A DNA stretch of 38,402 nt from Enoplolaimus lenunculus (taxonomy: Eukaryota): the NCBI GenBank assembly GCA_030248215.1, contig JASANG010003984.1, positions 620,001 to 658,402 of the forward strand, given 5' to 3'. The notes under the pieces are model-generated. The model ran no database searches, was not told the DNA's origin, and saw nothing but the letters and a program-made list of their open reading frames with translations. The stretch's first letter is position 1, and every line of letters begins with the position of its first letter. Shown here piece after piece: positions 23,901 to 34,920 of the stretch. The translations under genes were made by a program, and so were the position numbers.

Positions 23901-24371
23901 GTAGCAGAGAAATTTGAAAACAATAATTGTGCATGAATTTCAAACCTCACAATTCCCTGGTTCAAAAGTTGCAACGCGTATCACCAACTGATAATAGGTG
24001 CTACACATATTTGACAATACGGGCTCTTGAGTCCGCTTCAACTATACAACATAAACGAGTTTTCGAACAAAACTTGCACGTGTAAATAGAGCTTTATACG
24101 TTCACATTTCAGCAGTTTGCCGTTTCTCGAAGTCGCCACAGAGCACACGAGCGAAAACAGTATCGTTAGTCGATTGTACAATCAGATAACCTCGAGTATA
24201 TCCCTGATGAACACTCTGTTCACAACGTATTATATCGACTATTATTATTTTAAATTTCCACTTCCTCAAAAAGCTGAAAGCCTTTGCAACGATGCTGGTG
24301 TCAACGCAGACGCCAAGTATGAAATTTGCTACGCAATTAAGCATCGATTAATACCTTTGGGTGAGATGTGA
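17972..24371 (+). CDS. Sulfotransfer_2 family (HNK-1ST/CHST-like) type II membrane carbohydrate sulfotransferase; join(17972..18530,19634..19760,21740..22153,24113..24371), 452 aa
   Basis: Basic N-terminus plus TM segment (LLWLLIGLLMLLILANVSLL). The 5'-PSB-like motif CGIPKNAMSQFRALMC spans the exon 1/2 junction. Also present are the 3'-PB motif VIRNPIDRFISGYVDKC, NHFYPQFWYC and C-terminal YYIDYYYFKFPLP. Splice sites G|gtacat..ttttag|CT (phase 1), CT|gtaagc..tttaag|G (phase 2) and GG|gtaagt..tttcag|C (phase 2) are all in frame; total 1359 nt. Confidence 0.9.
19843..20257. mobile_element. Tc1/pogo-like MITE, full copy, in sulfotransferase intron 2
   Basis: TA|CTGTAGTGACCCGAATA ... TATTCGGGTCACAACAG|TA; relatives at 1-266, 5005-5190, 8677-9099 and ~17390-17590. 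Confidence 0.8.
20865..21048. mobile_element. Merlin-like telomere-repeat MITE A2, diverged
   Basis: GGCCGATGTATAGATCAG ... TAAAGATTGGTC with TTAGGC-like units. Confidence 0.65.
22384..23633. mobile_element. 1.25-kb non-coding element with ~55-bp TIRs, in sulfotransferase intron 3
   Basis: GGGGTGCAACCGGAGGTGAAAAATACC..CGAAACTTGCCGGA is inverted at 23576-23633. It contains degenerate TAAGCC-like ~62-bp repeats at 22640-22840. TSD not identified. Confidence 0.7.
23805..24026. mobile_element. Harbinger-like MITE with ~40-bp TIRs
   Basis: GGCCCATATTCTCAAATGCATATAGCACCTATCACCAGTT / AACTGATAATAGGTGCTACACATATTTGACAATACGGGCT, flanked by CTT; TIR fragments also near 3915 and 15175. Confidence 0.6.
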
Positions 24372-24847
24372 TTTTAGTGTCCTGGCAATCGACTATTATT
24401 ATTTTAAATTTCCACTTCCTCAAAAAGCTGAAAGCCTTTGCAACGATGCTGGTGTCAACGCAGACGCCAAGTATGAAATTTGCTACGCAATTAAGCATCG
24501 ATTAATACCTTTGGGTGAGATGTGATTTTAGAGAACTGGCAATCGTCTATTATTTATATAAATTTCAACATCCTCAAAAAGCTGAAGCCTTTCAACGATG
24601 CTGGTGTCAACGCAGACGCCAAGTATGAAATTTGCTACGCAATTAAGCATCGATTAATACCTTTGGGTGAGATGTGATTTTAGTGTCCTGGCAATCGACT
24701 ATTATTATTTTAAATTTCCACTTCCTCAAAAAGCTGAAAGCCTTTGCAACGATGCTGGTGTAAACGCAGAGGCCAAGTATGAAATTTGCTACGCAATTAA
24801 GCATCGATTAATACCTTTGGGTGAGATGTGATTTTAGTATCTTGGCA
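24234..24847 (+). repeat. Tandem array, 4 x ~154 bp, containing the final codons and stop of the sulfotransferase
   Basis: Units start at 24234, 24388, 24542 and 24694; unit 3 has clustered substitutions and two 1-bp deletions. Confidence 0.95.
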
Positions 24848-25754
24848 AACGGATCCGATGACAGACGCAACTATATACGCTGCCAGAGAACGTGTCACCC
24901 CCTGCGACGCTCCAAAGGGGCCATGAGGGGCCGAGCTCTCAGTCGAAAAAATATATACCCTTCTAGAGAAATTTTAGCTCCGCTGGTAAGCCAAGTGAAA
25001 TCAAGAAAATACCCCTCAGAACGTTTTGCCCCCCCTCCTGGCAACTCAAGCTGGCTGTATAGTCCTAATTCGTCCCCTTTCAGCCAAAATCTTATGGACA
25101 GAAATAATTTCTGTTTCATCAAAAATGAAGTCCTGATTGTGAGGGGGCTGATTGTCCTTCATTCAGATCCGCGGAATTGCGGCACAATAAATATTATTCA
25201 TACAGAAATGTCGACCAGATCAACCGGGAATCGTTTTGTTTCATGTTGATTCGACGTCTCAACGTAGAAACCTATCGCTCTACTATTGCGTATACGGACA
25301 AAACTCGAATGTCACATGACATTGGCATACAAACCACTGCTCTCAGATGTTCAATGCGTATGTACCTACAGGTCATTTCGCATGTGGTGGGACAGAATAA
25401 ACGGCAAGGACAATGCCTCCAATGGGTTCTAACCACGACTTCATTTCGGAAGGAAATATAACATCGTATATCGTAGCATTTTTTAGGGTAAAAATATTCC
25501 AACGGAAAACTCGCAATATATATAATCGGATCCAAACGAGCCAAACGTGCGTAAACATAAGTTCAATTTTCGGTGCACAAATTTTAAATATGTAACGTAG
25601 GATCTTTACCGTTTTCTCATAGAATTTTTTGACGGGGGACACGCCCACCGCCTCCTCTGGATCGGGACCTATCTACGGCCTGGTAAAGTACCGTTTTCAA
25701 GTATCCAGAAAGTTCTGAAGTACATCCAATTATTCATCTTTGTATACGTCCATT

Positions 25755-25913
25755 GGCCAATGTTACTTAAAGGGGCGTAACCGTAGATTAAGCGTATTCC
25801 TAAGCTTAAGCGTGAGCCTAAGCGTTGCAAAAATGAGTGCCTAAAACCTAAGCAAGAAAATGTAATCTAGAATCTAAACCTTCTCTTTTATAGACCCGCC
25901 AGAAACCTAGGCG
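25755..25913. mobile_element. Merlin-like telomere-repeat MITE A1, right end truncated
   Basis: GGCCAATGTTACTTAAAGGGGCGTAACCGTAGATTAAGCGTATTCCTAAGC...; collinear with 6908-7156. Confidence 0.75.
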
Positions 25914-25945
25914 TTAGATTTGTCGTGCGATGCCTACTGTCACTG

Positions 25946-26593
25946 TCCGGCGCCATGTGTCACCGTCAGTCACCCTACGGTATCGTACTTGACAGTAATT
26001 CGTGTACGATACCGCACAGTGACGCTCAGTAAACCGACGGTGACAGATGGCGACTGACGGTGACGAATGGCGCCTGACGTAAGTATACCGGCACCTTTAG
26101 ATTTACATCCGGCGCCATGTGTCACCGTCAGTCACCCTACGGTATCGTACTTGACAGTAATTCGTGTACGATACCGCACAGTGACGCTCAGTAAACCGAC
26201 GGTGACAGATGGCGACTGACGGTGACGAATGGCGCCTGACGTAAGTATACCGGCACCTTTAGATTTACATCCGGCGCCATGTGTCACCGTCAGTCACCCT
26301 ACGGTATCGTACTTGACAGTAATTCGTGTACGATACCGCACAGTGACGCTCAGTAAACCGACGGTGACAGATGGCGACTGACGGTGACGAATGGCGCCTG
26401 ACGTAAGTATACCGGCACCTTTAGATTTACATCCGGCGCCATGTGTCACCGTCAGTCACCCTACGGTATCGTACTTGACAGTAATTCGTGTACGATACCG
26501 CACAGTGACGCTCAGTAAACCGACGGTGACAGATGGCGACTGACGGTGACGAATGGCGCCTGACGTAAGTATACCGGCACCTTTAGATTTACA
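25946..26593. repeat. Tandem array, 4 x 162 bp, apparently identical units derived from a Harbinger-like MITE end
   Basis: Units start at 25946, 26108, 26270 and 26432. Each is internally palindromic (GGCGCCAT..GTCACCGTCAGTC / GACTGACGGTGAC..ATGGCGCC) and ends AAGTATACCGGCACCT|TTAGATTTACA. Confidence 0.95.
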
Positions 26594-27066
26594 AAAATGT
26601 TAAGAATACAAAATTTGCATAAACTTATACCGAGATATTAATAATTTTTCGTTATTAATGCATCATTTTAAGCGCTGTATTGGAGTCTTTGCGTGCTTAA
26701 ACTATATGGCTAATGTAAAGAATAGATGCGGAACAGTATTATAAAGCATATTCCTAAGCGTTAGCCTAAGGCTAAAGTTGAAATGGCTCGTTTCGGTGAC
26801 CATTGCAAATTGAGTAAATATTCAAATGTTTATTTGCTCTTCAAAGTATAACCTCACTATATTCATGCGAGAAAATGTTAAATTGCAACTAACGAGGCAC
26901 ATTTGAGCAACCCAACAATTACATTAATACGAATGTATAAAAGACGACCTGTAAAGGTATAATTACTGCAAAGCGGAGGCGACAATTTGAGTCTATTTTT
27001 GTAGTTTTTGGTGCCTTTCATTTAGTACAAAAGCGCCCAAAAAATTAAATTGAGAATAATAATTAA

Positions 27067-27329
27067 CCCCTTCTCACATTGAGTTGCTTATAGGCAACTC
27101 ATCGCAGTGTATATACGTTAAATAATATATATCGCACCGTGTTTAACAATTGCAACACGTATACATAGTACTAAATCACCACAAGACGTCAGAGCCACCT
27201 CGGGCTCGAGCGTCAAGCTCCTATAGCTGACTGGTGATGGTATACGCCTCCCACTCCTGTCACTGGAGTTCGAATCCAAGCGTAAAAGTAGGTCTCAGGG
27301 AAAATAGGAAATATTCATGTGAGAAAGGG
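27067..27329. mobile_element. piggyBac-like MITE with a tRNA-like A/B-box cassette
   Basis: TTAA|CCCCTTCTCACAT ... ATGTGAGAAAGGG|TTAA; internal TAGCTGACTGG...GGAGTTCGAATCC. Confidence 0.9.
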
Positions 27330-29599
27330 TTAAGTATTAATCTGAATATTGGGATATAACTTCGTAGTGTTCTTGTTGGTGCACTTAATCAATGTCTTAT
27401 TAATGATTTACCGCTAAGGTTAGCGCGGTCGCTCAGATATTAAGTGAACCAGATATACGTTAATAGTAGTAGTTTTAATATTTATATTGACTTTCTCTGT
27501 GCGAAATGTATCAGTGTGTAAAATTCGGAGTCCGTTTCCGTTATAGAAATACCGGAAATTCTACTATTCTAAATATTTTTTAAAATTTTTTGTGAAACCT
27601 GGTGTATATTTGCAAATCTGAATTGTATTGGTTGAAGGATAGAATGAAACATCTTTTAAACTTTTCTACTTCAATACCCGGTTTCGGTTCCGGTTTATTT
27701 TCACAATTCATTTACACCATAATTTGGTCATATCCGTTTTTCAAAACAATTTCCAAAGGTCGAGTTATAGGTTTTGATAATTTTAATGCATGCCGAAGTT
27801 GTCTGGCACAGTTGCCGGAGCGTAAATTAATTAATAAATAGATAACTTTTTGACTTGTGACACCCGTCACGACAAGTGTCACTCAGCCCTAAATTTGACC
27901 CGCGGTTTGAAAATGTAGGTATACCAACATTATTTTTTCACAAATTTTCTTTTGAAATTCCGACAGGTTTCGGTTGGTTATTATGGTTCCAATCGTATCT
28001 GGCATCTGATTCGTTATAATTTCTGGTTTTGTTGCTTAAAAGATGTGTCAAAAACGCATATCTGCAATGCTCACTTGTCTGGTTTAGGCTTACACTTACG
28101 CTTAGGTTTAGTCTCACTGATGAAGGGCGACGTATGGCGATGCATCCAATTAACGCGTACACGGGACCATGTATAACCGGAAGACCACGCAGTGCTCACA
28201 TCTATGAGAACAGTTTCAATTTAGTACCCCCAGAAACATTCCAAAATTGCTTGTCCGTGATCTCAAATTCTTGCACGCCCATCACAAACTTTTTGCACCC
28301 CCCTAATATGCCGAACTGGCTACTTACGAGGGTGCCGGCTAACGTAAACAGGACCGTCACTGTACTGTATGCCTAAGCCTCAGTCCTAAGCCGTAAGATA
28401 AGCTTGTACCTACGCCTAAGCCAAAGCTAAGCCTGGTTCTCACAGGTTGTACCCTCATCTAAATATAAGGACCGTAGGCTAAAAACGCAACGTGCTCTGG
28501 GTGCATTTTTTTTCTACACAGAATGTATCCAGTCGCGCATTGTGGCAAAAAGAGTCATTATCGACGTTTGTTTCGTCCCATGTATAGGACAGGTCCCTCA
28601 CAATTTCCACGGTAATATCCCAATTTCCCAAAATCCTAATTTCCCGGGTTATATCCCAACTTGCCAAAATAGCAATATCCCAGATAATATCCCGTGTTCC
28701 GAAAACAGTAATATCACTTGCAATATCGCAATTTTCCTTGTGAAATCCAAATGTCCTCGAGAAATCAGAATCGCCTTGGGCTGAGTCTTAGGTTCAGAGT
28801 TCGGCTTATACTTCAGTCTCAGTTTTAAGCTTATGCTATTTAGAAGTTAAGGTTTAGACTTAGGTTTAGGCTTAAGCTTGAGCCTAAGCGCATTTGCTAA
28901 AGTTCATAATGTAGGCTTAGGTTCGCGCGTAGGCTTGACCGGTCCATAGGCAGCCGGAGGCAGGGGCTCAGTTCCTCTGTAGCAAAATTGGCACTTTTTA
29001 TTCCCCCCACACTTGAGAATCTCGCTGTCATAAAAATATTTGAAATTGCGTTTTAAGAGAGCTATCGACCCCTAACCCCCACACAACGCAATTCATTGAG
29101 CAAAGTTTTTGACTGTTCCTTACAGTTCAATTGTGAGAACGGGGAGGCTTGTGGGGCGGCAGAACCACATCCTGCTTTGGGTTCCTTAAACTTGCGAGGG
29201 TTTCAGGGAGACGGCAGTCCCTTTGAGAATCTAAGTTAAAAAGATGTTTATGTGCGGGGTGCAAGGTTTTGTGTCAGAAACTTGTTCACACTAGGCAGTT
29301 TACGTATATCTTGAAATTGTATTAAACATTGTTGTCTATCAAATACATTTTTAAACAGCTAAGCCTTAAAAACGATAACATCACACACAAGCAGGGCATT
29401 CCGAACGGGAGCGTATGCAGGATTTTGTATTCGGAGGGTATCACATTTTTTAACTAAAAAAACTCAATATATCATTTAAAATATATGAGCAACGTAAAAT
29501 AAAATTACGTTTTAAATTAGCACAATCGGACAATTTCACCCCTCCCGTACTGTTGGTGGTTTCCAAAATATTATTTTCCAAAAGTCGTATTTGCATGAA

Positions 29600-30500
29600 T
29601 ATATAATATCCGAATTTCCCAAAATCCCAATTTCCCGGGTAATATCCCAAGTTCCCAAAATACCAATTTCCCAAAATCCTGAACAAAAATGGTAGCGCCG
29701 AAAATCGGAATTTTCCGGCAAAATTCCCATTTCCCAAAATCCCAATTTTCCGGGTAATATTTAAATTTCCGAATATCCCGATTTAACGCGTAATATTCCA
29801 ATTTGTCAAAATCCCGAGTGAAAAAGGTTGCGCCGAAACTCCCAATTTCCCGGCGTCGGCGAAATCTCAATTTTTCATAATCCCAATCTTCCGAATATCC
29901 CAACTTCCCAAAATCCTACTTTGCGCAAAATCCGAGCGAAAAAGGGTGCGCCGAAAATAGCATTTTGCCGGCTTCGGCAAAATCCTAATTTTCCAAAAAC
30001 CTCACAATTTCCCGAGTAATATCTGAATTTCCCAAAATCCCCAGCGAAAACGGTTGCACCAAAAATCGCAATTTCCCGGCATCGGCAAAATTCCATTATC
30101 CAATATCTCAAAATCTCAATATCTCTGGTATTATCCAAATTTTCCAAAATCCCAATTTTCCAAAATCCCGTCCGAAAAATGTTGCGCCCGAAACCGCCAT
30201 TTCCCGGCACAATCCGAATTTCTCAAAAATCCCAATTTTCCAAAATCCCGTCCGAAAAATGTTGCGCCCGAAACCGCCATTTCCCGGCACAATCCGAATT
30301 TCTCAAAAATCCCAATTTTCCAAAATCCCGTCCGAAAAATGTTGCGCCCGAAACCGCCATTTCCCGGCAGAATCCAAATTTCCCAAAATCCCAATTTTCC
30401 AAAATCCCGTCCGAAAAATGTTGCGCCCGAAACCGCCATTTCTCGGCAGAATCCAAATTTCCCAAAATCCCAATTTTCCGGGCAATATCCGCGGATTTTG
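29600..30500. repeat. Satellite built from CCCAAAATCCCAATTTTCC motifs; homogeneous ~80-bp units at 30140-30480
   Basis: TCCGAAAAATGTTGCGCCCGAAACCGCCATTTC recurs at 30171, 30251, 30331 and 30410; this repeat explains the overlapping spurious ORFs. Confidence 0.9.
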
Positions 30501-30931
30501 GAAGTAACATCTTCAGTACACGGGCTCTTGGTCCTATCAATCTATTATTATGCTTTGAACCGCCACTTTTTTAAACGTGAACACTCAAGTAAATATAAAA
30601 GCGAGTATTTTCGATCTGACCACTTTCGTTCGAGTTCAATCTATATTCAGTTGGTTTGTAATCAATTTCTCAGCAGGAAACACAAACAGATTAATTATAA
30701 TTTTTCAATGTGTGCCTATCAAGCAGAAGTTAACCATTCCCAAATAGAATCGGGTACATAGCTAAACGGGAACTTTAGGGGACGCAAGCAAATTTAGGTA
30801 GGGGGTCAGTCTATTTTAGAGGAGGAAAAATTGTAATTTACTAATTCTGCATAATATTTCGGCAACGTAACACTACCGTGTTTAGCTCAGTGATTTGCCG
30901 ACCGTAAGGTGTTTGCATCCATACCTACTCT

Positions 30932-31178
30932 TGTCCGTGTATAGAACAGGGCCAGATCGTTTTCCAGAGGGGCTATAATAGAGTCAATTTAAGCTTTAGA
31001 CTAATTTTTTTGCTTAGGCTTAGGCTTAGGCTTAGCAATATGCTTAGCCATACGCTTAGGCTTAGGCTTAGGCTTATGCTTAAAAATAGGCTCATCCATA
31101 CGCTTAGGCTTATAGGCTTAGGCTTAGACTTAGGAATATGCTTATACTACAGTTCCGGTCGTGTTCTAGACATGGGCC
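30932..31178. mobile_element. Merlin-like telomere-repeat MITE A2 with an expanded TTAGGC array
   Basis: ...GTATAGAACAGGGCC ... GTTCTAGACATGGGCC; TSD CCTACTCT/CATACTCT. Confidence 0.85.
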
Positions 31179-31737
31179 CATACTCTTATTTGTTGTTTAT
31201 CTCGAAAATTTTTCTTGATCATCGAAAAATTTTCGCAACAAGAACCCTTAAAATTTCCATTAACTTCGGTTCAAAAATTTGTGCAATCACTTGCGCCGAA
31301 ACTAAGAATGTCTCAAACGTGTCGACAGAGGTCGATTTATCACGGTTTTCATGAAATCCCAATACAAAATGGCCATATTTTTAGGTAAACAATTAAAACA
31401 AATGTAGATCAGAAAAGAAAGCTAGCGAGCGAAGCTTCAGACGCAGTTTTATAACGAATTATTTTCACTTCGACAGCAGAGCAGAAACTGCAGGTTCGAA
31501 GAGGGCAATTTTCAACTTGGATTTCGAACCAGACTCAATAGCGAGACGTTGAAACGGATACATACGTAAAATGTTTGTTCTTGTATTTTTTTCAAGGGTC
31601 CTGCCCAGTGGGAATCAACCTTGGATAGAGTATACTATAAGCAACTTTAGCGCAAACACTGCACGCAAACGCATTATGCGCAGTGTCTAGCAATTAGTAG
31701 TGTGGATACTGAAAACTTCTATGTTGTTGAACGATTT

Positions 31738-31878
31738 GACCCATGTCAAGATCAGGGGCAGAACGTTTTTCTGTGGTACTGCAATAGAGTATGTTTAAGC
31801 TTTAGACTAATTTTTTTGTTTGGCTTAGACTTTAGGCTCACGCTAAGGCTTAGGAATATGCTCATTTTTACATTGGCC
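31738..31878. mobile_element. Merlin-like telomere-repeat MITE A2, short copy
   Basis: GACCCATGT ... ACATTGGCC; TSD AACGATTT/AAGGATTT. Confidence 0.8.
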
Positions 31879-32387
31879 AAGGATTTTAACATAATTATCT
31901 TATTAGTGTGTACAATCAAAATTTAAGCTCCGAAATTTTTCACTATCCGGTTCCGGGTTTAAACCCGGTGTTACGTCGGAAACTTAAATTTATTTTGGCG
32001 AATTTTCCTAATTGTAATTCATTCAATGTGTGTGTGTGTGTCTGAAACAGAAGTTATAATGACGTGGGAACACGCAAAGCGTGGGAACCTCTGTTGTTCC
32101 CACGCATGTTTTTTGCATTCACATTATACAATGCACTTCAAACTGTCAAACGGCTCCTAATCGTCTGGCTTCTTCATGTACTGTTTGGACTTTGGTCAAT
32201 TTCAAAAATAAAAAAAAACATCAAATACCGTTTGAAAAACAATGATTCTTTTAAATTTTGTCGCGTGAAATATGATATTTCTTGTAGCAAATTGACAGTT
32301 AAAACTTTTATGCTTTTAAATTTCACTAAAGATCACGCAATCATACCGACTTTGTTATTTAATTCGTGTCACTTTTATACTCGATAT

Positions 32388-32843
32388 GGCTCATGTATAG
32401 AACAAGGCCGGAACGTTTTCCGGCGGCATTGCAAATAAAGTAAGCTTAACCCCTTCTCACATTGAGTTGCCTATAGGCAACTCAGCGCAGTGTATATCGC
32501 ACCGTGTTTAACAATTGCCACACGTATACATAGTACTAAATCACCACAAGACGTGAGAGCCCCCTCGGGATCGAGTGTCAGGCTCCTATAGCTGAGTGGT
32601 GATGGTATACGCCTCCCACTCCAGTGACTGCAGTTCGAATCCTAGCATAAAAGTAAGATTTCAGGGGAAATAGAAAATATTCATGTGAGAAAGGGTTAAG
32701 CGTTAGACTAATTTTTTTGCTAGGCTTAATAGGCTTAGGTTTAAGCTTAGGTATAGGCTCATGCTTACGCTTAGGCTTAGACATAGGCTTAGGCTTAGTA
32801 ATATGCTTATACTACCGTTCCGGCCCTGTTCTATACATCGGCC
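32388..32843. mobile_element. Merlin-like telomere-repeat MITE A2 interrupted by a piggyBac-like MITE
   Basis: GGCTCATGTATAGAACAAGGCCGGAACG ... CGTTCCGGCCCTGTTCTATACATCGGCC; TSD CTCGATAT/GTCGATAT. Confidence 0.85.
32450..32695. mobile_element. piggyBac-like MITE with tRNA-like cassette (nested)
   Basis: TTAA TSDs at 32446-32449 and 32696-32699; same TIRs as 27067-27329. Confidence 0.9.
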
Positions 32844-33171
32844 GTCGATATTAACAAAACGTATATTTTACACTCGAATGATTAAGCTGTTATTTCATAG
32901 CGACCTGTGTTTAGATATTACATTTCCTGGTTTCGTCTTTGAGTATTAGCCGGCGGATAACTATCCGGCACACAGACTTTCGCTATCTTGACTTAAATTA
33001 TTTTAAACGGTTTCAAATTTCACGGCATACTCACTGTAAAGGGGAGCAAAGTTTTGTTACCCCCTCAACACCTAAAAGTAGCATCGGTTTAGCTTCAAAA
33101 CCGTCGTTCACGGTTTTACACCGGTTTTTGTTCTTGTTACTCTAATGTCAGCGGCGCCGGAAACAAATTAC

Positions 33172-33435
33172 CCCTTTCTCACATGAATATTTTCTATTTC
33201 TCCTGAGACCTGCTTTTATGCTAGGATTCGAACTCCAGTCACTGGAGTGGGAGGCGTATACCATCACCACTCAGCTATAGGAGCCTTACACTCGAGCCCG
33301 AGGGGTGCTCTCACGTCTTGTGGTGATTTAGCACTATGTATACGTGTTGCAATTGTTAAACACGGTGCGATATATACTATTTAACGTATATACACTGCGC
33401 TGAGTTGCCAGCAGGCAACTCAACGTGAGAAGGGG
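33172..33435. mobile_element. piggyBac-like MITE, opposite orientation
   Basis: CCCTTTCTCACATG ... GTGAGAAGGGG; flanks TTAC/TTAT (degenerate TTAA). Confidence 0.85.
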
Positions 33436-33497
33436 TTATAGATAGTAAACTGAAAATTTTTCGCTTAAAAATAGTAAACTGAAAATTTTTCGCTTAA

Positions 33498-33744
33498 CCC
33501 TTTCTCACATGAATATTTTCTATTTCCCCTCAGACCTAGTTTTATGCTAGGATTCGAACTCCAGTGACTGGAGTGGGAGGCGTTTACCATCACCACTCAG
33601 CTTTAGCACCTTGACGCTTGAGCCCGAGGGGGATCTCACGTCTTGTGGTGATTTAATACTATGTATACGTATTGCAATTGTTAAACACTGTGCGATATAT
33701 ACTATTTAACGTATATACACTGCGCTGAGTTGCCAATAGGCAAT
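33498..33744. mobile_element. piggyBac-like MITE, second TIR missing
   Basis: TTAA|CCCTTTCTCACATG..., collinear with 33172-33420. Confidence 0.8.
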
Positions 33745-34749
33745 CCAGTATAATGAAGTATTCACTTTAACTCTACAGTAACGCGAAAGCTTTGTTCGCT
33801 TTTCATCAGCGCACAAAATGAAATCCGTTTGTCATTCACTGGTAAAGTGTCAGCGATACCAGGATAAATGCTCATTATCAGCATTTGGTTAAATTGTTTT
33901 TGCGTCTTTGTGGACTTCGACGTTGCCGGAGTAGACAGGCGTGAGCGCTCCCGCTCAAACTCCATGATGGTGGCCCGCAACTTAGAGGTGGATCCAGAAT
34001 TGTTTGATCTGAGGTTCTCAGAGCTTACGCTCGTGTTAAATAGAGATGTGAGGACATCGTTCAAAAACAGTTTCACACAAAAGATTGCAAAATGGTGAAC
34101 CTAGAAAGTGAATTTATCTTTAAAATGAATCACACTTCGCACGCAGAAGGTAGAAGAATGTCAAAAACGGCCAATCGAAGTGAGCGAGACGAGAGACAAA
34201 TTTCAAATCTTCGGTGGTTTTTGGATTCAACCGGATAAATGCAGTGGTTGCTGGCTTAAAAGTTCAATCAACCGGAAACTTCAAACTGGATATGGCTTTG
34301 AAAGTTACAGTTGCGTTCGCTACGACTTTGAATTTCAGATACGCCTGAGTTACATTCGTTTAATTGACCCTTAGGAGCAGATTATTTATTAAAGAATTTA
34401 TTAATTCTTTAAATCAGTAATACTCATCTAATCTGTTTATGTTTCCTTGCACGTTTTTAATTCTGCTGGCAGAAAGCTAAAACATCATTAACACTTTTAC
34501 ACATCAATATCCGTTTTCCGTTTTCGTTATTTTGATCCCAATCCATTTCTTGGTCTGCGATTTTTGCTACCCGCTTACGCCCTGGTTTCGATATTATTAA
34601 GCGATTCTAGATTGGTGCAGGGTTGTGTTGGATGGAACAGATATTCGACAGTATAATATTCTGAGCTCTGGGCAATATCGGTGGGCTGTGTCCTTTCAAT
34701 CTGAAGGGGGGGCTAGTGCCTTCCTGCTCCCTCACTTCCGACGCCTATG

Positions 34750-34920
34750 ATCTAAATGCATCGTAATTATAGATTGGATCCTTAATGGTACAGTTATCAA
34801 AGCCTGAGTCCTATCATTAACGTTAATTGTGAAGGCAGTGTAGCACCCATGAAAGTAACACTGGCCATCATTTGGTATGGCAGTTGCCCTGTGAATACCG
34901 AGCAAACCCAACTTTATATT
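34750..34920 (-). pseudogene. OTU (vertnin-like) cysteine protease fragment, probable transposon cargo relic
   Basis: Translation IPNDGQCYFHGC...LRIQSIITM resembles the OTU Cys-box (xGDGNCLF) and the vertnin-type LRVRTVIEM helix. It is broken at a CATAGGCGTCGG MITE end near 34700-34749. Confidence 0.35.

Noticed and set aside
29450..30761. Many overlapping ORFs up to 235 aa
   Set aside because: They are translations of a stop-poor satellite, open in several frames on both strands.
31010..31354. LR-repeat ORF (also the LS/LR ORFs at 15642, 16371 and 32761)
   Set aside because: Translation of TTAGGC arrays inside MITEs.
34595..34785. Plus-strand peptides VVLDGTDIRQYNI (ABC transporter-like) and GCVLS/IDWIL (LINE RT-like)
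   Set aside because: The matches are short, need frameshifts, are mutually incompatible, and lack the other diagnostic motifs.
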